DNA of 62,965 nucleotides, the filler included, from Sluysia triapertura (taxonomy: Eukaryota), in assembly GCA_046118255.1 (NCBI GenBank). It is 5 parts of 5 records of this genome, joined end to end, with 100 filler letters (N's around TTAATTAATTAA, not from the genome) between each part and the next. Parts side by side here need not be neighbours in the genome. Positions count along the whole stretch, not along the records: positions 51,081 to 62,965 come from JBJNIA010160487.1; 4 more parts are not named here. One strand, written 5' to 3'. Of this stretch, positions 54,356-62,965 are shown in pieces. The notes beneath the pieces are model-generated. The model saw nothing but the letters and a program-made list of their open reading frames with translations. It was not told the origin of the DNA and ran no database searches. A program made the position numbers and the translations under genes. Position 1 is the first letter of the stretch; each line of letters begins with the position of its first letter.

Positions 54356-54884
54356 AAATTTCGGTATTTACGAATTTTCGTTTTTTAATTATAAACTTTT
54401 AAATTTAGTCTTCTCCTTAGGTTCGATGAATATTAACCTAAGAATAGAAGTTTTGAAATCTGAAATAAAAAAGTGTTACAAAAACCTCATTTTATATAAA
54501 CCAAAGCTATTATCTAAATTAAACAATTTCAAATCACAACAGACTAATTTATTATTTACTTTATTTTTTAATTTAAAAAATTCAGTTTGAGTTAATCCTC
54601 TTTACTTACACCGACTTGGATGCCAATACAATTTAAAATTATTTTTACTTTATTACTTTGTAGTAATTTACATACAAAATGTTTTTTTCCACTACCGCTA
54701 GGGCCCAAGATTTACATTGCACACAAAATTAATTAATTATTTGCATTTTTCTGTAAATTATTTTAGTAATTCAATGAGATCCTTTTTAATTTTCCTGTAT
54801 TCCAAATGGCCATACCACAAAATTAATTCAGGATCAGTGTATGTTGATATTTTATACATGATTAAATAAAAATTAATAAATCCT

Positions 54885-56160
54885 TACCTCTATTTATACT
54901 AATTTATCTTCAAGTAATTGGTAGGATGATAATATTGTATTCCATCTTCTGTTTGTCATTTTTATCAATAATTAAAATATGAGTACTATCAAAAACATGT
55001 CATTGAATATTATTAATACTATATATTTTCCAAATCGATATCGTTAATATATGCAATAATAATATATTCAATAATGCATTTTCATCCGAATCTTTTGCAT
55101 ATTACAGAATGTTGAAAAGACAAACAGTCTTCATTGTTTAGTGAAGAATCTAAAAAAATAATTAATTATATTTAAATAAAGACATATGTTTTAGTATTTT
55201 ACTTAAATTATAGATGCCTTTGCCATTGTTAAATACAAGTTCTACCTTTTTCAATTTATATTTTTCTTGTTTTCTATATTTTCTATATTTTTCAATCTAC
55301 CTTTTTTTGCATTTCGTTTATCTTGTTCTTGTGTTAATTGTTTTGGTTTTTTAGACAATAACTTTCATGATACTAGTATTGTCTTACGTGATGCAGGTTT
55401 AGTTTTATATGGTGCAGTTTTTATAATTTTAAAATAATTTGTTACAAATGGTGGTGATATTTGAGCTTAGTGAACCTTCTGCAATAATTACACCATCCTT
55501 TAAGTTACTTGGAGTACGAAAATTTTAAAGTATTTACGTTGTCATCACTACTTTCAAGTATTATGTGTGAGTCTAATTTTTTTAATGATGATGGTCTTGA
55601 AGATATAGCACTGTAAGAAAATGAACTTTAAAGTGTCGATTTTGTTAATGGATTATAGGAATGCACCAACTTATTGATTTATTTTTATAACTTTTGTGAT
55701 TACCTACTTTTGTATTTTTAAAACTTGTTTCTTATACCGGTGTTACTATAACTTTTATGGCTACCTACACATTAAAATATTTTTATGATTCTATAATTGT
55801 GTCATAATATGTGTATCGTCTTAAATTCTGGACGATATAGAATGTGTATTATGAATAATTATTTTTGGTGTTTTAGTCATACTAATTAATATTAAAATTT
55901 AGATCGAGCAATGTATATAATACTTTGGATCTTCCGTAGCAATTATAAATGACCCAAGCTATATTTTTTATATATAAAAATAAATTAAAATTTACATTCA
56001 CTAGGACTCTCTGGTGAGTCCGGAATGTATTTGTCATCGAATGCGATGACTTCTCAAAGGTCGACATTTTCAAATTGTCCAATAATTTGTCGACCCTCAG
56101 CGGTGCTCTGTATCCTCTCCATTTTGGCCGAATTTCGGAGAGTTGCTTGATCTTGGTCAT
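54885..56160 (-). pseudogene. Multi-exon gene relic of unknown product
   Basis: ATG at 56160 and an open first exon; GT-AG introns of 37 bp (55959-55995) and 42 bp (55882-55923) join in frame (..QRVLVN|LGSFIIATEDPN|MTKTPK..); later exons contain stops. Confidence 0.5.
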
Positions 56161-56299
56161 ATTTATTTATAATAATTTATAAAGTAATAAAATGATTTTC
56201 TAAATGCACTAGTTTATAATCTAAGTTTTTTACTTGAAATTATATAATTATAAACGAGGCATAAAATCATATTTCAAATAACGTAGGACAGAAAGAATT

Positions 56300-56560
56300 C
56301 AGGTTCAAACATGCATTGGTTACTTAGCTTAGTTGATAGCTTGTACAAATTAATTCATTTGACCATTAATTAATTAATTGGATTCTGATTGGATATGAAA
56401 TACATTCTATTGGGTTATCACTTGCATTATCACTTGCAAAAATATCCAATGAATAATCTTTTAATTTGCATGCAAACTTTTTCGGCTTTCATCATGAAAT
56501 ATCTATAACGTGACTTTTGCAATTAATATTTGCTAGAATGACGTAAAAATGACGAAATTA
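56300..56560. promoter_or_regulatory. Possible bidirectional promoter
   Basis: Five CCAAT/ATTGG boxes, octamer ATTTGCAT (56464) and CRE-like TGACGTAA, lying between divergent coding-like tracts (56160 minus; ~56700 plus). Confidence 0.3.
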
Positions 56561-57296
56561 TTTATTTGTACCTACAAATTTTTCTACACACATTAACTAA
56601 TAAATGATTAAATTCTTTTTTCTATTTACGTGTGCGTACATATGGAGTAGAAAATGAGACGAATATATGAGACGAATTTTCTCTTGCATCATTTCCATAT
56701 ACAATGTCTCATATCCAATTTTATCAAATTTTATCAGAATCGTCTGATGTACCAAATTCGAGTGGTGCAGCGAAATCGTTATCCAATTTTTCGGCCGATA
56801 TAGATACATTTAATACAGAATTAGGTAATCAAATTAATTCATTGATGAAAGATGAAACACCACTATACAAAAAAGCCTAGAATCTTTAACTCATATATTA
56901 TATTTACAAATTCAAATTACGTGTAAAAATCCTTTTTTATTAGAAATAAGTAAAGAATATCTAATTTCACTAAATGAAATACTAAACAAATTCAACGTAT
57001 CATATATAATTCCAGAACATCCTTATATAAATTTAATGATAAAACGAATGTTCTGAATATGTCACAAGAATAATGTGATGTATATGATCTACGATAATGT
57101 TATTCTATTATTGTCAGAATTACTGCTATTAAGAAAGATAAAAATAGCCCATACACACCAATTTCGAGCACATTAGATGATATTGATTGTTAATTTTTAC
57201 TATTTTGTGTTACTAATATATTATTTGTTACTCAAAATTATTTTTATTTATTTAAGCTTATAGGTGCATCGTCCCTCTTAAAAATCTGTATTAAAT

Positions 57297-57444
57297 TTAT
57301 TAACACCAAATCCAAATTTAATATAATATTGCTCTAACCAATCAGAATGATCTATACTGATTCAAAATAAGCGCGTGTGTGTAAACCAGGTACTCATCCA
57401 CCCTCTCCTTGAGTGAGGTGATGGTGGTTTAGTACGGACATTTC
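57297..57444 (-). mobile_element. 5'-truncated body of the same SINE
   Basis: Reverse complement shares taaaccac, gcgctta, gattggttagag and tattatattaaatttgg..tggtgttaat with 453-598. Confidence 0.7.
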
Positions 57445-57631
57445 TATCTACTGCTATTATGAAGCTTCATATGATGTTGGATTTTGTGCAAGCTCTTTTA
57501 TATTTTGTATTTTTATTGTTTCTTAAATACATAATTAAACAGTTGATAAATTTTATTAATCTAAAAACCTTTCTTAATGATTATGTTCATGCTTTAAAAT
57601 ATGATTTATTTTGTACTGCGTTTCATTAATG

Positions 57632-59466
57632 AAATATTCACATTTAGCTATCAAATGATTGTTGTATATAATAATGTGATGACGTATTTGTATTTGTGTG
57701 ATAATGACGTGTTTATAATTATAAGTAGTTATTAGACATTGTAATGTGAATAACGTGTTTCAATTGATTTATTGATATTATCAATTTATTAATAATATAC
57801 ATCATTATTATGTTTAATTATTGATAACTATTGAAAATATTTTCGATTTTTGCAAAAACTACTATTCTATATTTTAATAATTGATAATATTTTTGGAAAA
57901 TAATTCTTCTTAAAGAAATAAACAAAAAGAAATTTTAATCAGTTTGATGTTCTTTGAGAAGAGGTGTTTCTTGAAATTATACAATGTAATTCTATTCTAA
58001 TATCGAATAAAGAGAAGTTTTCCTTATATGTTCTTGATCAACGAAACACTATTGTAGTTTTTGAAATTTTATTGTCTTAAAAATTTTTTCATGTGCGTTT
58101 ATGTATATTTTGCAGTGTCCTTGAAGTAATTTAAAACAAAACTATTTAAAATGAAATAATTTAAAATTATTTTAATAAGGATAAGTTTTATTTTTAAATC
58201 CCCACAATAAGCATGTTACATAATTGCCAATTCGTAATTATACTTTTAATAATAATAATAATAAGTTACTCTATATTGTGGGGATTTTAAAAGTAAGATA
58301 AGATCCTTATAGAATAAAATATGATTTTTAATGTGAGTCCACCAACGTACTAGGCCTACCAGTTAGGGCTAGCCGTTGGATTTTGCAATTAAAAAGATTA
58401 ACAATATACCGCAATACTTGCCTAAATGCTTAGTGAAGTTAAGTTTAACTTTAGATGTATTTTAACGAATGGGAGTGAATTCAAATATTAACTGAAAAAA
58501 TAACAATTGAATTATTTAAGGAATAGTTTTCGTAAAGCCTATGAAAAGGATTTGTAATAATTGATTTTAAGTAATCAGAATTAAATTCTGATAAAGCTTT
58601 TAATGCACGAGCGATTTTATGATTTTGAAACTATGTAAATTATTTGTTGCTCAAATAACAAGATTTTTTCCTTGGATGTATATTAATAAAAGTTATATAA
58701 AAATTCAATAATTATAATTAAAAAATAAAACGTTGCGTGATTAACCACTAGAGTTAATATTTTGCTTTACAAAAAATTTTAATCTGATTTTTCTTAGGAA
58801 CCGTTAAAAGGTTCCGTATATTTTTAAAAACATGTTTTGAGTGAATTTTACGTTGGATACTTATAAGTATCGAATCCTAAAAAAATAAACTAACGTTTAA
58901 ATTATTCAATCGTTAAACAAAAAGAAATTGTAATCAGTTTGGTGTTCCTTGAAAAGAAGTGTCTTGGACTGTAATTCTATTATGTTATCAATTGAAGGGA
59001 AGTTTTTCCTTACGTGTTCTGAATCAACGAAACGCTGTTGTAGTTTTTTGAAATTTTATTTTGCGTTAAAAACTTTTTTCATGTATTTTCTCTAGTGTCC
59101 TTGAAGTAATTTAAAACAAAACTATTTAAAATGAAATAATTGAACACTACTTTAATTAATATTAATAAATTATTTTTATAAATTAATAAGCACTTACGTT
59201 AGTTTATTTCTTTAAAAAGAATTATCAATTAAAATTATTAAAATATGGAATAATTTTTTCCAAGAATCGAAAATATTATCAATTGTAATTAATGATTAAT
59301 AATAAATCAATAATAATATTAATAAATCAGCTAAAACGTGTATTACAATGTCCAATAATCATAAACAAATACAGATATACAGATATGTCATCACAATATG
59401 AAAGGGTAAACATATCATTTTAGCGTATTCTGAATGAATAAATAAATAAAATGAAAAGTGAATATT
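57632..59466. repeat. Fold-back-like structure: long inverted arms enclosing two ~240-bp direct repeats
   Basis: 57632-57925 is inverted relative to 59197-59466; 57926-58175 is a direct repeat of 58921-59155 (agtgtccttgaagtaatttaaaacaaaactatttaaaatgaaataatt identical). Confidence 0.75.
58333..58384. repeat. 52-bp hairpin element, copy 2
   Basis: gtgagtccaccaacgtactaggcctaccagttagggctagccgttggatttt. Confidence 0.85.
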
Positions 59467-61250
59467 TTATTGTATTTTCTAAATTAATTTTATTCGACTT
59501 TATTTTTGACATAAGATAAACTACTTATTAATATAATTAGCTTATAAACACTATTTTACAGATTGTTTCATTTAAATGTATAATTAAGGTATGGATTTTA
59601 ATTAAAATTGTGGTCGTTGGTTTATTTGTGTCCAATCCTCAAAAAGTTTACTTTAGTAAATTTATCTTTGTTTAACATAAAGCCATTTAGGACGGTAATC
59701 CTCTTACAAAATAAAAATTTACTTTTGTCTCAAAATTAACTACCACCTACCAGTTATGGATATCTTTAAAACGTTGATATTTGTGAACGTTATCTAAATT
59801 TTCTATAAACTTTTTTTAGATTATAAATAACTTTAAACGATTTCAATTAAATTTTATTTTCAATTTCATTAAAATTAGTTTCATATAAATTCTTTTAATT
59901 CGTCTTTGTTGGTCTTTTATTCTTCAAAAATATATTGGAGCTTTGTTTATCGCTGAACTTGAAACTAATCTAAGATTGTGAGGATTCAATAAATTATAAA
60001 TAAATAAATTATACATTTCAATAAAAATAGAGAACTGCATGTATTTATAATGTATTTAAATAAATTACCTTATTTTTAAATAACCACTTATCCTAGACAA
60101 TAGAAGTTCTAATTAAGTGTTTTCCTTAACTTGAATAGATTTCTCATTAGAGTGGATTATAAAAAATAGCGTAACTTCGACGATTATGTTCTGAATATTG
60201 TTTGAGTGTCTGCTTGACAAAATCTATCTGAATTTGATTATAATAGAATTATGAATATTCTTAGGATAATAACTGCTCCATGCGATTGCTTTACAAACTA
60301 TGTTTGAACTTGATTATAAGATTAAATAATATTTTGTCTATTTTTCAAAAACAGCGCTTTAAACAATGTTTTCTGTCAATATGAATTTCATTCTATTATA
60401 ACTTTTTTATAGTTAATTCTATTATTTGGCCAATTTTACTCTACTTTTGTTTTATAATGTAATTCTAGCCATATGATTTATTTACCTACTCTTGTTAGTT
60501 TCATTATTCATTGACAGTATATTTTGCGTTTCCATTCAATTTGCATTATTAATTAGTCTATTATTGAGATAAGTTCTGAACAATCAAGCCTTAAATATTT
60601 ATGCTCAAATAGTAAAGTTTTAGAACAAAATTTATGATAAAATGAAACATATCTAGTTATATAAGGTTGGAAATTTTAAAAAACAATTTTATTTATTTAG
60701 TTGCACTTATTCCAAATCACAGCTTATGAAAATATCTTTACAATCAATTAATTATTAATCAATGATTCTAAATCGTATTAATTAATCGATAATAAAATTA
60801 ACAACTCGTCTAATAGCTAATTAATTAGTTAAGAATGTCTTTTAATAACAAAGTCATCTTTTATATGGTCAATAATGTTGAATTATCATTCTATAATAAT
60901 TTTTCAATAATTGATTTTTTTCTAAAGTTAAATGTGTATTTTTTGTAATAATGTAGCCGATTTCTTCTACATGTATATTTTATTTATTTCTTCTCGTGTG
61001 TTTAGTATGTGCTAGCTTGTATTTTTTGCGTTTATTTCGCAGTTTTTTCTATTCACTAATTAAGTAAGGATGAATACTGTTTTTTAATTGTTCCATTTTT
61101 TCTTTTGTCTTCTTAAGTTTGAGGCATTTCTTAATTTTTGAAATTTTTAAACTTTCTTTGAAACTCAGAAATATACTAGAGCTTTATGTTTTATAATTAT
61201 TTTCAGAATAATAATTACTTTTATAATTCGATATATTATTTTAATTTCAG

Positions 61251-61325
61251 AGCCCCGGCATTAGTTGTGATTAGCTTGATTGAGATGGGTATGACGTATG
61301 ACAAAGCAATTGAATTAATCAGAGA
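61251..61325 (+). CDS. PTP4A: Single internal exon of a PRL/PTP4A prenylated tyrosine phosphatase
   Basis: tttcag|AGCCCCG...ATCAGAGA|gtcagt, 75 bp, phase 2/2, encoding (R)APALVVISLIEMGMTYDKAIELIR(E) versus PRL [26 protein letters not shown]. No stop codon. Other exons not found in the window. Confidence 0.8.
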
Positions 61326-61866
61326 GTCAGTAGTTTACTTATTGTTACTTTTTAATTATTTCTAACAATTAATTATTGCATGATTTTTTTACAATACACT
61401 TTAACAATTAAAATATGAGCCATTATGTGCATGATATAGTGGGTTGGATATGTGGAGTAAATATATAGCAAATATAACTTCATTATTTTTTCACAATACG
61501 TCATCAGCAAAAACAAAATTTATTTATTAAAATTTGATAAAATTCTTCACAATGATCAATAATGTTAATATAGCATATTCAAGGTGGTTCACGTACATTT
61601 TAACATTGATTTTTAACAACACCCATACAAAGTAGTCTATAGATGTTAGATCTGGAAATATTGTCTTATTTATTTTATAAAATAGGGTCCATTTTGATTT
61701 TCAACATATAAATTGCAATATCGATTTTTATAATAATGTTCTGAACACCTATGTTATTTTTTATGATTACTCAGTATAATTGCATCACTACGTTTGTTTT
61801 AATTCGCTACTTATTTGTTATAAAGATGTTGGCAAATCTTCAAATTATTTTTATAATAATAATTCT

Positions 61867-61867
<1 letters not shown>

Positions 61868-61923
<56 letters not shown>
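61868..61923 (+). repeat. (AAT)n microsatellite
   Basis: Direct reading of the sequence. Confidence 0.95.
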
Positions 61924-62965
61924 CATAGATTCACTACGGAAACAGATTGAAATAAACAATTTACATTAATGAAGACTATATATTAAAGTAATTAATATTT
62001 GAAGTACGTGCACATCATTAAGCTATTGTATTACAATTGATAAGTTTGTTTTGTTGAATTTCAATGTTTCAACTAATTAATTGTTATGCGATTGTGAGCA
62101 ATTAAGCAAATTCTATTTCGAGATAGAAAAAGTAATATAAAAACGATTTAGTGTTTTTGTATTATAACGTTTATTTAACATACAATATATAATATTAAAA
62201 TTTAACATTATTCACACTTAATTTCCTTTAAAACAAATGGCTAGTTTCTTTCAATTCATTGTTATGGAGATGATACGTTGAGATAATCTGAAATAGTTAT
62301 TTCACAATAAACTGAACATTAATGCCAATATAATGCACCTCAGTATATTAAGATAATTCATAATTATCAAAAGGAATAAACCAAATTTAAAAATTTAATT
62401 TTAATAAATTGTTTTTCATTTGGTCTGTTGTATGTCAAATGGAAGTTATTAAAACATATAACTCTTATAACATTCATTTTTCGTACATCGTAACAATTCA
62501 ATTCAAACAAAGCCCGAGACTGAGGCTCTTAGATGCTTTTACTGTGCTGTCAAATCCCAACACTGCATTTTAGTGTATAGTTTCCATATCTAAATTTTTG
62601 AAGTAACTTTTCAACAGTTCCAAGACTTATAAAATCTGAATGCTTTTAAAATTTTATTAATGTTTTCTGTGGTTTTGGAACCAATGTTATATTCGAAAGT
62701 GTGCAATATCGAATGTTAATATTATCATAAAACATCCAAAAATAATAAGTAATAATAAAATAAAATAAATTTACTTTTAAAATCTAAATCTGCGTTTAAA
62801 TATTTTTAAAAAGTATAATTAATATTTAAACAATATTTTTTTTATTTGAGCTATTCAATTTTTAAATTTGCATAGAAATTTTCCGTAAAGTCTTTATTTC
62901 TAACGCAATGTTATTAAATATTATATAAAATATCAATGTTGAAAATTTCATTCGATTTTAACGAT

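Noticed and set aside
56145-56158. U2 snRNA-like AAGATCAAG on the minus strand
   Set aside because: No GTAGTA branch-pairing sequence or Sm site in the proper context.
61751-61969. Poly-Ile hydrophobic ORFs (also 40442-40624 and 19267-19607)
   Set aside because: Translations of AAT/ATT low-complexity DNA.
62500-62580. Possible PRL terminal exon (PRLRLLD)
   Set aside because: Lacks RRGAFN, a suitable acceptor and a CAAX end.
1-62965. CRISPR array, rRNA or prokaryotic operon
   Set aside because: No repeat-spacer periodicity or rRNA motifs; the DNA is spliceosomal-intron-containing eukaryotic sequence.

Overview
Very AT-rich (roughly 20-25% GC by eye) eukaryotic, most likely metazoan, draft-assembly DNA with seven N-gaps; four carry an artificial TTAATTAATTAA linker. 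Spliceosomal introns are tiny (32-42 bp), as in compact-intron invertebrate parasites such as orthonectids or dicyemids (taxon not verifiable here). One complete gene can be reconstructed: a 4-coding-exon DPF/d4/Requiem (BAF45) gene (35262-42494, 468 aa) with Requiem_N and a double PHD finger but no visible C2H2 finger. Its 5.76-kb last intron holds a decayed DD34E Tc1/IS630 transposon and an antisense, decayed Slo/BK K+ channel. The rest is transposon debris and gene relics: a tRNA-derived SINE family, piggyBac/pogo/hAT/Stowaway-like MITEs, a Polinton packaging-ATPase relic, a RhoGEF DH pseudogene, an isolated PRL/PTP4A exon, a repeat carrying a Kunitz half-domain exon, and an unclassified strand-skewed, hairpin-terminated repeat family sitting upstream of coding-like DNA. 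All homology calls come from motifs recognised by eye; no searches were run. No CRISPR or prokaryotic system is evident.
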